Positions 27,601 to 40,200 of a stretch of DNA of 64,000 nt are shown here, piece after piece. The position numbers were made by a program, and so were the translations under genes. Each line of letters opens with the position of its first letter. Position 1 is the first letter of the stretch. The stretch comes from Lingula anatina (lineage: Eukaryota > Animalia > Brachiopoda): the NCBI GenBank assembly GCA_051362555.1, contig CM120648.1, positions 9,358,587-9,422,586 of the forward strand, written 5' to 3'. The notes under the pieces were generated by a model. The model did not search any database and was not told the origin of the DNA. It worked only from the letters and a program-made list of their open reading frames with translations.

Positions 27601-30600
27601 TAGTTCTCAGAAATATGGTTATTTGCTTGAAGTCATCCTATTGTTACTTCTCAGGGCTTGACATAAAGGGTGGCCCACTGGCCCTGGGCAACTGAAAACC
27701 AACCTAGCGCCATTGAATCGAGGGGGTCACTGGCCCAAAAACCAAGTAAAATGTCATGTGTCAAATCATCCTTGCAATATTTACCCATATCGTGGGCCAG
27801 TATCGAAAAAAGTTGAGTGTCAAGCACTGCTTCTATACTGATTAATAACTCACACAGTATATGGGTACTATTCACATAATAATAAATATGTCAACAATAT
27901 CCCAATGGGGGACTTCTGCCAAAAATTTATCAATTATTAAGCTAAGCAAACATTTTCTCCAAACTTTCCAAATAAATTTTACATTATATACACTCAAAAC
28001 AACCAATCATCAATAAACAAAATCAATCAATCATTCAACCAATAAATCGATCATCACTTTAAGTGGTCTTGGTTTACCCTCAGATGTAACCCAGTGTATA
28101 GGTTCTCCACAACTGTCCTATACCATAAGGAAAAAAAATTGCAGTGCAGCATTTTACCAATAAAAATGGGACGTCAAATGAACTCTTCATCGCCAAGCCG
28201 ACTCTAGTCAGCTTGTAAATGCAGCAGACCCTTTGAACTATTTGCAGCATGGCTGAGAGCCAAAATGTAATCCCATTTCCAGCCCAGCCTGCCTCGATAT
28301 CTATGTTTAGCGTCTGTCCGCCCATATATATTATATTTTTTTCATCAGAGCACAACAGAAAAATCCTCACTCAATCAACCTATTTTGAAGCAGTTTTCCA
28401 CATGGGCCATACACACAACTCACACACAGATGATAAAAAGTGCGTGCACTACAAGTAGCAATTATTTCATCCACTTGAGATAAATCGGGACAGATGATGG
28501 CACACAAGAGGCTGATATCCAATTTGCCGTGTGCATTCTTTGTCATATGGTTTGTGCAGCAACCCATCTTGGGCACCCCGTGATTTAGAAGTTTTTTTTT
28601 TCTTCATGTGGAAGCAACCAATGTTATACACCCTGACGTTGTGGAGTTAAGACTTCTTATCCGAAACACATCCCCATAAAGGAAATAAACTTAGCCTAAT
28701 TACTTCTTATTATAACAAGTGAGATTTCATGGGAATTGGGGGAGAGTAGCGACAGAAATTCAGATTTAATAGAACATGTTATTTCAACTTCTGTTTCTTC
28801 CCTTTGAATAGATTTAAATGACTTACTAGACTTAAATCCAAAATCCTTGTTATAAAAATCAATAAATATGAAAAAGAAGAGTCTGCCTTCAACCAGGTAT
28901 GCATCAGAGAATAGGTGAATGAGGGCCCTTAGTGGCCTTGAATGATACGATTTTTACGATCTCACATAACAAAAGTATCAGATATTGTGTTATCCATGTT
29001 CAGAAAATATTTTCTTAATACACAGGAGACCTCATTTCAAAACAGGGTCAAGCATGCCACTAACAATGACAGTTGGGGCTTCTTTTGTTATGTCTGTCAA
29101 AGTTATGCAAATATTATTCAGTGAAAAGAGAAAAAAAGTTGTTCATGGTAGTAAATGTCAATTACAACTTGGAGGGAATCGCCGACTGTTTCTTTGATCG
29201 TCTCACGTGCTGATCTTGGCCAACCTCGAAATATAATGATTTATTCAGCTTGCTCCGATAATGGGGCTTTGTTCCTCCATCGCACTTAAATGGTTTATCC
29301 TTAAAGTATTTAAGACAATGTTATTGATGTCACATTGGTCCAACTGGTTTCCATGGTTACCACATACGTCTGCTGTCTGCATTGTTTTTAATGGATGTTG
29401 TGCCATACAGCTAGAGAGTTGCTTCAAAAATACCTTTCTGCATTCTACTTTCATCAATAATTCTAAAACAATGGTTTCATCCAGTACAAATATATTTTTA
29501 TGTGTGGGGTGGGGGGTTAGTCCACCCATTAGACGTTTTCAACATATAAAGCTAAGACGGAAATTCACTGCATTTCTGGCGCCCCTGACACCTCCAAAAA
29601 TCACACAGTCTACAGATGGCCTGGTATCTTACATATAATCTGACACAACTTCTGCCAAGTTAAAGTATGTTCACTGCTGCCAGTGGCTAAATATAAAAGG
29701 TGGTTGTCCTGTCGTAACCTTTACTGTGGAGCAGACCAGACGTGACCTGTTACAACCTCTCCATAGTCATGTTGTGCAAACAATTGCTGTCTGTGAAGCT
29801 GGCAGGAGGTTATCTGCCAAACAACCAAGCAAAAACTGCCCTACAGCCAGCACTTTGAAAAAGGAGGCCATTTTCCTGAAAAAAAATTGCTCCTATCTTC
29901 CTCCTTTGTTGTTCTTACTTAAGGAACGGAATAAGCCCAATTTTGATTCAGAGGGAACCTTTTTGAAGCCAAAAGGAAGACTTGCACCATCTCCCCCCCC
30001 CCCCCCCCCAACATGCCTACACCCATTGCCTGAAAAACATATTTTGCAAAAGGACCAAGGTTTAAAAAATCTTGCCATTGCTTCACCCTCAAATATAAAA
30101 GAATAGACACAGACAATTTTACAATAATATGTGTTGCACAGGGATGGAAAAATCGGGCCCAGTGTTCCTCCTGTGGACCCCTTCTCTGGATCCTACATTG
30201 CAATATGCATGGCCATCTTGATTTATAATTAAACACTGCTCCATTTTCTGTTACTTATTATTTATCAGAGGTATCGGACATAACAAACGGGGCAGGCTTG
30301 TATCCAGCAATATCTCTTATTATACACACACACACACACACATTTATAGTCTTTGCCCTTATTAATATATAATATATGACATGACATCAATAGCAGTTGA
30401 AATACGCTTTTTATTGTCATGCAACATGTTGTTTTTTCTCGATTTGTTAGGAAGATAACCATGTTCCTGACGTCCTCCTGTTCTCATCAATAACTGATAG
30501 CACCAATTTCCAAGGGATACTACATTTGACGTCAACAGGTGAGTGAGCTGAGGATATTCACCCACATCCATGATATTACCAACCAATATTTCATTAAGCA

Positions 30601-33600
30601 GGTTGTCTGGTTCAGGTAATTTTCTTTGAGAGAAGTCTTAGTAAGGCCCTGTTTCTATGTAATCTTATTGAGCAGATTTCAGTTCAGAAAACTGTCTGCA
30701 CGAAGCAGAGTGAGCCAATGAGAGCCTTCTGAGAAGATATCTCGAAACAATTACCGTCCTTTTGAGAGAGGGGCATCAAGAAAATGACATTTTAGTCTTT
30801 TGGACACACTTAAACACAGGGGACAATGAAGCAAACAATGTATAAAATTATTTTAAATTAACATTTAATTCAACTAAAATTTTTTAATAAGTCGTGTTTC
30901 AATTCAGACAGAGTAGAAACTTAGGATATAGACCATCTCAAAAGCCACCCAGATTTGATAACTTCCCCACAGGAAGCAAATCGAACCTGCAATTACAAAT
31001 CTTTACCAAAAATGAGAGAGACAGAGAGTAGAGTATAGTATGTGCATGTCTGTTATCATGACATAAAACTTTAAAACTGGCCAACTCCATTTTGACTGGA
31101 AATATGACGTCAGTTGACTGCTTGGATGAGAGTACCCAGTTGAGAATGTTCATTTATTTTATATGACCATCTTGCCATCAATTTATAATTATAATTGTGT
31201 TTGTATACATGCGCATGCAACCCAAAACCTTGTTTTCTGTCCTGAACCCAGATGGCAGGTCATCATAACATATACCACGAATAATGCGAAATTGTGACTT
31301 TTCTGTCATAACAGCATTGTGGCTGCCATCAATTCCTTGCAACTATTTTCATCTCAAGGATTAACATTAAATGGATTCGCTATGACATTTCCTTGGCATT
31401 TATGTCACATAACATTACTATTTTACTGATGTTACTTTGGCTGACTTCTTGGAAATTGTGGACTCTTTTAAGTCAAACGTGTATTACCTTCTATAGAAGC
31501 ATGTGATCACAGGCAGTAATTTACCTGCCTAGAGACAGAATAATCTAAATAACTGTTTGAAACTTCGAATACTGTCTCATTAACTGAATTAAGATTCAAA
31601 TGGATTGAAGTACTGTTCCTCTTCTTTCTGCAAACTGGCGGTTTTTTATTGTATTTTATTAACAAGTGAAAAAAAACAACAATTGAATGCTTAATATACT
31701 CGTGAATAGGAAACTTTGAAACTTCCTAGAATACAGCTATCTTGCACTGAGGCAGAAATCAATACGTCGACTCTTGAATACATTCTGAAACACAACCTAT
31801 ACGTCATTTACGCTTATCTCTATTAAATCAATATCATGAATCCTAACACAAGAAGAAGCCCCTGTTTTGCCTACATTTTGAACAAGGAAGGTTTTTTGAC
31901 ACAAAATTTTGAAAATCAATTTATTTTCAGTGCAAGAGAGTTTCATGCATGGAGAGAAGTATCTTAGTGGAAATCATTCCATTGACAGTATGTTAATGGT
32001 AGAGATAGCTATAGAACATAATGCAACAAACAAACAAACCAATAAACAAACAAGCAACCCCCCCCCCAAAAAAAATCTAATTTTTGACCTCTAATTCTAT
32101 GATTTGGCGGGGGGGGGGGGGGGGGGGTCACTGGACTGTAAATCCTGTTTAATTAAAAAGAGGACATTAAAAGCAATCCAGTTTCTAAAGCTCAAATTAA
32201 AAACACTCTGTTGTAATATCTATGAAGTATCGGATGTCTCTAACAAAAACTCATTTTTAAATTCTGACTTTCTTCCTGAAAAACACTCTGTTGTTATATT
32301 TATGAGGTATTGGGTGTCTAACAAAAACTCATTAAATTTCGACTTTCTTTCCTGAAAAACAGTAGTGGGTGCCAGCTGTCCTGGCTACGATTACATAATA
32401 CAGCCAGACAGCCCCTATTTCAATGATGATGCTCTAACAGGTGATGCATATATTGATGTCAGCAGGCTCCCAGCAAAAAAAAAAGAAAAAAAAAAAAACT
32501 TTGGCAGCATTTTAGCGGCAATGGCATAGCCTGTAAAAGATGCACATATACACATGCATGCAGGCAAGCACTTGGTTTTGGAGTGGATATCCACATTCTT
32601 GAAAAAAAAAACATAAATGTAATAGGCAAAGATCAGGGCCAACATGAAAACAATAAATGTTTTTAGAACTTTTCAAAATATTTTAAGGAAAAAAAATGCA
32701 TTATTTCACCCAGATGGTGGAATACCCTAAAAATTCTCACTGTGCCTTGATTTCCAAAATCTTTTGTTACAAAATTCATCTTTTAGTCCTGGGAAACTGG
32801 GTTATTCTGATTTTCAGTTTAAACCCCTTCTCTTCAGAACATCAATCAAGCTTTCCCCCCAAAACATGTCAAACATATCAAGTGAATGAAGCAGCATTTC
32901 TTACATAACTTCTAGCTTAAGTCTCATTCAGGTCACCTAGGGGTCAGCAACGAGCCACAGAAAAAGAATGTCATTATGTGAAAGGGGCCACATAAAAACT
33001 GACCAATAGATCACCAGTGGTGATGCTTAATACATAATATCAAGCTGGCCAGTATGTTACATCACTGGCAGTTAGCCTCATTCAGTTGACCAGTATAATA
33101 AGTAGAAGTTAAACAGCGATATCAGCATATCAGAGAGGAGTGGCTCGATTGTAGAAGGACCAGTATGTACGACCACATTCAGATTCCCATATTGTATTAG
33201 CTGGGTTTGTCCAACTCTGTGGAATCAGTATTAGCTGGGTTTGTCCAACTCTGTGGAATCAGTGGAATCAGCTTAATTGTCTGACAGAACTCCCCGAACT
33301 GCTAGGGGGTTATTAACTACTGTGTGCTAATTGAGCTGATTCCACTGATTGCACTTTAAGGAAGATCCCCTACAAAGTTGGATCGACTCAGCTAGCATAA
33401 TGTATTAATCTGAGTACACCCAAAGGATTGGCCAGTCTGCATATAGTTAATATAATCTATCCAGAGCTGATATCAATAAAACTGACAATATATGACAAAG
33501 AGAGAATTTGACTTTTACCTGGTGTGTACTTCATTTTAAATGAAAAAAAAATTAATATATAACTGGTCAGTACACCTGACCAGTTATATATCCATGCATA

Positions 33601-35446
33601 AAAAATCACCATCAATATCATCATCTCTGAAATTATAAAGTACCACTGCACTCCTGAATCCAAAATGAAACGGAGCATAAACTATTCCCAGTCACCCACC
33701 ACAAAGACTGACCACAGACACCAAGTCTGAGTTATGAGTGCAAACAGCCATTACAGCCGCCATGTTATTTATGGGGCCGTAGCGATAGTCCGAAGGTTCA
33801 ATAGTCCGAAGGTTCATTGGTCCGAATGTTCACTATAGAACCTTCGGACCAATGAACCCTTGATTAAAAAATCGATAAAAATGTTACCACTTTTCGGACC
33901 AATGAACCTTCGGACCAATGAACCTTCGGACTATCGAGACGCCCCCTTATTTATAAGTCTCCGGGACGCTGCCTCAGTTTCATAACACTTTCATCTCAGG
34001 GACAGACTTAGATTGATCGATCATGGCTAGTTCCTTCAACACTGGACATGGGTCAATAAAGGCTGAATAAATTATGACACTATGGACTGGCCAGAGTACA
34101 CACAATGGCCTGCTTTGACACAGCTCTCCCCATGAGGGCAGCCCGTCAATCCGACACTGACCAGTTGTAGATTGATCTAGTCAGTAGAAGAATGCTGGTT
34201 TTGAGATGATGGCGACATTGATTAATAAGAGGTAGCAACATGCCGCAGCTGTGCTCTAGCTAATGTCCCATCTAAATAGAGAATTAGTATTAAAGCCCAA
34301 TCTTGGGTAGCGCTGGCAGTTTTTTTCTCTTATAGCCAAGTCGCTACTTTTTCATCACTTTTTTCTCCAAATGGCTAAATTTGACTAAAACAAGTCAAAA
34401 TAGACCAGTTTTGTTTGGCCAACTTCAGTCAGTTTTAGCATTCTGCTAAATTGGCAAGTGTAAGCGCGCTACCCCAGCCAATGGTTTACCTTCACATTTG
34501 GCTCCACATTATGTTGAACTATAGGAAAAAACCAACTGGATTTATCAAAGGTATTTGCTGCACACATTTGAAAATGCTGCAGAGGCATATTTTCTAAGTA
34601 AAGAATTGATTAGGTTAAATTATTGAAGCTATCTGAAACTAAAATTATACAATTAAGATAGATCGGCTGCCTGGATATCCATGCGAAACAGAATAATAGA
34701 TGAGACGTCATGAAGTAATGAACTTCCTTAAACTTAAATTTCCCCTTTATGCATTAACATTAAGCAAGTTTCAGTTTTTACTCATTAAGATCTAGTGATT
34801 ACAGTAAACCTTTCATTGGTTGAACCACAGCAGGAGGTCGATATCTCAAAAGTCTGAAGCTTTTTTTTTTTTTTTGATAAATGATTGACAACAACCCAAC
34901 AGAATTGTAAAATAGTTTTAACAAAATGACTTTATGACTTAAATAAGAATAAGAAAAGGAGGGGGGGTGGGGGGGGGGGGGAAGGAGGAGAGGGGAGATC
35001 TAGTACAGGTGTTCACAACATTTAACACCTGCTCTAAAGACCACCTCCAGCCATTTAAATAACAAGGCTCCAAGAGCAGACTGGGATGTTACATAAGCCC
35101 TCTCCAGTCTGTTTGTCCTGATATACTCATATCAGCTGTTAATGCCACACTGTGTGGCTCAGGGTCGGGCTGACCAATACTGGTCTCCTTTCATCTTTTG
35201 ATAATTATACTGGTCAAAGGTCGGAGTTGGGTTTCCTATGAGGATTCCTAAGCAGGGAAGGGTGGTGTTGGTGGGGGTTTACTGGGGTTTGAAGAGGGTC
35301 AAAAACTTCTGCAGCACACTGTGTTTAACACTTCTATAAGTATTTGAACACCCAAGTACTGTTACTCTATGTTGTCAAGGGAAAATAATTTTTGTCGAAG
35401 AAGCAGCTGTTTTAATCACCCCAGTTGGTTTCACATTTACCTCCTT

Positions 35447-35494
<48 letters not shown>

Positions 35495-35806
35495 TTGATA
35501 ATGGCTATAGTATATCCAGCTGCTTTCAGCAGCCCTACCTGGTGCAGTATGGCATTATGATTGCACCACCCCTCATTAAGTTAAACCCCGCCAGGATTGC
35601 AATCAACATGTCTAGCCGCCTCTTAGTGGATTTGAAGGTCTGACAAAGACACAGTGCAGGTGTAGCAGACTGGAGTTTGTAAAGCTCAGACCATGGTATT
35701 AACACACAATGGGCAGGTTATGTAAGAGCAAATGTTCCATCATGGTGTAGTTTTACCTGGGCTCATATAAACTCCCCCTCTGGGGACTGAATAGAATTTT
35801 GTGCTC

Positions 35807-35852
<46 letters not shown>

Positions 35853-37158
35853 AGACACTTTTATCAGGGAATGAAGCTACAGAAATTATCACATTTTAAC
35901 TTAGAATACATAACATGTTTATAGCTAATGGAATTTTTTGCCGAAGAAAGAACATCTCCCTCCCTCTCTCTCTCTTTTTGTTTCGAAATGCCAGGCCCTT
36001 GGAATCCAGGCTTCCTGAAAAACCTAAGAACCTTCCCTTACCCCGGCTTTATCCCCATAAATGATAAATGTCGTGCCAGACAATACTCGTCTGCTCATCT
36101 TTGCCAGTATGGCGCCAGTGCATGTTGATACACATTAAAAGTCAGAACTACACAGACACCTTTTGTTTTCACCAAGCACATGGCCATGATGTGAAACCAT
36201 AACATAACATTTCCACATAAGGTTTGTCTAGACAAAGCAGTAACCGCATCAGGCAGAAACGACACCAGGTTTTTTCTTAATTTTTTTTCTTAAAAAGGAA
36301 ACTAGTGCAGAAAGAGCTAATTTGAATGATGCAATTTTCCTTATTGTTGAAAACTGTTTCACCAATGATATATAATTATAACTGAAACACGAGTTGTAAA
36401 CAGATCTCATCTCTTCTTGCCTCAGAACAAAAACAAAAACATTCGAAATGCGTGCCCATGGTCAATTCAGAGCTTGAATCTTTACCCCCAACTCTAAATG
36501 GGTCAAATGAACACTGTATGGAACAAACTCGTCCTCTTCTGCCTTTCAAAAAATAAAAACACCATGGAAATCTGCCAAGGGTCACAGCTGTCACAGGTCC
36601 CTTGTCTGCGCAGACAAGCGCAGACAAGCGTTTACAGTAACCTAGTTCAGTGAACTGAGAGAAGACTTCCATATATGATAATTATTAAACACAAACTGAA
36701 AATAACTTCATACCTTTATCTTGCGGGTAACCTGGACGTCAGGCTTGCTGCAGGCTAAACGGTATGAAATTATATTCAGCTTATGCTAAATAATAATCAT
36801 ATATGATCCAACTACCAAGCTTGTGAACATTTTTGCTTATTATAGAAGAAAACTTGTACATATCCAAAGATGTTATGTGACTATGGTGCTGTATGGCTTA
36901 TCCGGGTTAAGGGGTGTTTTTTGTGAGACGCAAGTACCTTCTGTCATTTGGTATATCAAATAATAAACCGCAACCCTCTTTATACATATGCCTTATACAC
37001 CTCCAGCGTTAGTGAGAGGTGTTTTGGCCCATATTGCTAAGGTGACAGTGCATTATCTCCCGTGTAATCAAAAAAGTGGCTGTAAGTCATGATGGTAGTT
37101 TCTAGTTACATGTTAATATATTCCATAAACTTTTACATTCCATCTCTTCTGCATACAC

Positions 37159-37216
<58 letters not shown>

Positions 37217-40200
37217 ACATATGCATGTATGGCATGAAGTGCACACCCATGCATGCACATACATACATACATATCCAGGCAGATTTACTTGACAAGAAAA
37301 AGAAAGTTCCCTGCCAAAAAGCATAGTTACAGATATACACAGAACCAAAACCACTACCAAAATCATCAAGCAGAACTAAATGCAAGATGAGGGTACCCTT
37401 CAATCATTTATAGTGTAACATAATTTTAGAGAAAAATTATTTGGGCAGCATATCATAAACAGCTGTATAACATCCGGAGTATTTCATCTTTTTTATTCTT
37501 ACTAGTGAACCATGTTATAACAATGCCTTTATTTGATTTATCACTGCTGGTGTGTCGAGCTTCATATACCACTACATGAAATACCAACAGGACATTTTTT
37601 TTTACATATGTTTATCCCAATTTTGGCCTGAAGCCAGTTCAGACTCTGTATGTTGCCAAATGAATGCTGCAGTTTTTTTATGTATATACAGCTTCCTATT
37701 CCTGTTGTGGTCATATTCTGCCCTGGTTATGGTAATATCTTTTGAACTGAACACAATCAAATAATTTCAACTGCTCAAAGTAGTGCTTTCTTTTCAGTTC
37801 CGTTAAATTCAATTCCATAATTTTGAAAAGTGAATTGGGATTTTCTTTTTGAATTATTTTTAAACAGTATCTGAAACACGCCCACTCTCTCTCTCTCTCT
37901 TTCTCCAGACATCACAACATTTCATCAATATTAATCAAATATTTAACACATTTTGGCTTTTTTTTAAAACTTTTTTTGCTTTTATCTTTATTCACACAGC
38001 ATAAACAAATCATAACCAAAATAGTTTTAAATCCAGCAAAACATAATGCCCAAACATAATGCCCACTGTTTCATGCATTTTTAAAAAAGGACCACAACAG
38101 CCGCTTCTGCAGGCTTCAAAGAAACAAAAAAAAAGAAAGATATATGGAAGCCATGCTTTTTGTGTGCCAGCCCCCATATACGCACGTGCCTGCATCCGAA
38201 TCCAGGTCAAAATTTAACCCAGATCAACCAGTCAAGGCCAATTGTTCGTAAACAGCTTTATGCGTAGAACTGGAGTCAACTTTAATCGTTTTATCTATGC
38301 TCTGTTTCCATACCCAAGCAATGGTCACACTGTAAATTACATAACAAAGTTATAGTCTCAACAAAGATCTGGATCTCTCAAAAGAAACTGGTTCTCAGTT
38401 TTATTTTAAGCAGGAATATTGAATCCCATATCAAATTGCCTTATTTGATGAATTTCACCACAAAAAAATTGGAAATGAAAATTGATTATTTGCTAGATGA
38501 AAATCTTAATTACATTGTAGCTGTAGCATTGTAGCTACAACTTAAGCTAGCCAAGCACAATACGTATGACAATTATCTGTGGGTTTATACGGCCATGTGC
38601 TAACCAAACTTGTCAGTTCTTCATTTCCTTTAAAACATCACTCACTTTCATATTATTTTTTTAATTACACTTACTAATAAGACAATTATTTTCAGCAAAG
38701 CTTCTTTTCAATAAACATGGTATAGAAGCAGCAAAGCCTCAGACTTCCAACACAACAGCCCGTCAACAACACCTCCTAGATAATGTGCTTGAAATGCATT
38801 TGGCCCATCCCTGCAATCTTTTAAGAAAGCTGGTACTTAATGACTTTCCCTTAACATCACAACCCTGTCTCTTCGCTATCTGATGAAGTCTGGTGTCTGG
38901 ACGAGTAAACAAACCGCTGTCCCTGGATCTGGTTGCCATTTACTCTAGATTCCCGATGGACTGATAGGGCGAATTCACACCAGATTAATCTTGACTGGTT
39001 ATCTGACGAAATTGCACTGCAACCCTCCATTGAAGAAATTGATGCATTGGATTGATTAATATGTCTGAATTGGGGGGTAGGGGACTCTCTATGCAGGAAG
39101 TTAATTACAGACCCCACTGTGCATTAACTGCATTGGACCACATGGGACAAAACTCTTTGTCATCCCGCAGAAAGTTTGGCAATATGTTTACCATCTAAAA
39201 GAGTCCTAGTGTGGGCAGTGGTGTCACATTTGGCATCCTCGTATATCATCAGAGATCAGCATTCCTTGTCTGTGCGCTATGCATGGCTACACAGCTGTGT
39301 GGCCTGCCATCGTAGTTCTCAGACAGATTTTGAAAAAAAATTAGTCTCCCGGGTAAAAACTTTTCCTCCTCAAAACCACAAAAAATGAGTTTTTGAAAAA
39401 AATTCTGGCCAAAAATAATGCCAAACCGAAAGGAGATACAATGAGTGGGAAAGAAAGGAACTTCTTAGTGAGAAAATATCCAAACCGCCAACCACAGAAT
39501 TTTTGTCTACCACAAAACCCCCTATACTGGTTGTGTAAAAACAAAATTCTTCTCTTGTCCCTTCCCCTCTCAAATTTAAGACTGAGTCACACGGGTGACA
39601 GTAAATCTAATTATTTTTCTTGAAAAGAGGGCCTCCTGTTCTTATGGTGACACCTTATCAATATTTTTAAAAACATTACAGCATAATGATTGTACCTGGA
39701 ACTTCTAAGTCATATTCCTATTATCGCAAGGTAATGGTTATAACTGACCTTGGAAAGGTTTTCAATCGCAAAGTCCAAAAGAAAACACAGAAAAACACAT
39801 CCAAATGCATAAATACAAAAGGTTGGTTTTATGTTGGTCATATTATAAATACAACCTCAAACCTCATCTGTCAAAAAGACAAAACAATTATTTCAATTTT
39901 GGTACGTTTACCACTTGATGATTGCACTTAATTTACTGTCTTACCTTCAAAACAACAAAATAAAGATTGATCAGCATTATTTGGCTTAAGACCTTGAAAA
40001 AAAAAAAAACAACAACAACAACAACAAAAAAAAAAAAAAATTGTTATACTACATGCCGGCTTCATAAAAATGGCCAGAATTAGCTGATTTTTAAAATGAC
40101 AGACTCCGATAAAAATTTTCTAAGCATTTATCATTTCCAAAAACTTAATTTTCCATAGGTCCAACAGTCCCCATCAGATTTGAATTTTAAAACCTCAAAA

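Noticed and set aside
29245-30236. Several 90-126 aa ORFs in Ski intron 1
   Set aside because: They overlap on both strands, include homopolymer runs and show no protein motifs.
33780-33935. Regularly spaced short repeats resembling a CRISPR array
   Set aside because: Units abut without unique spacers, switch orientation midway and sit within TIRs and a TSD; no cas genes; eukaryotic intron.
35170-35225. AATACTG-containing stretch resembling miR-8/miR-200
   Set aside because: Only the seed matches; no mature-sequence match or precursor hairpin.
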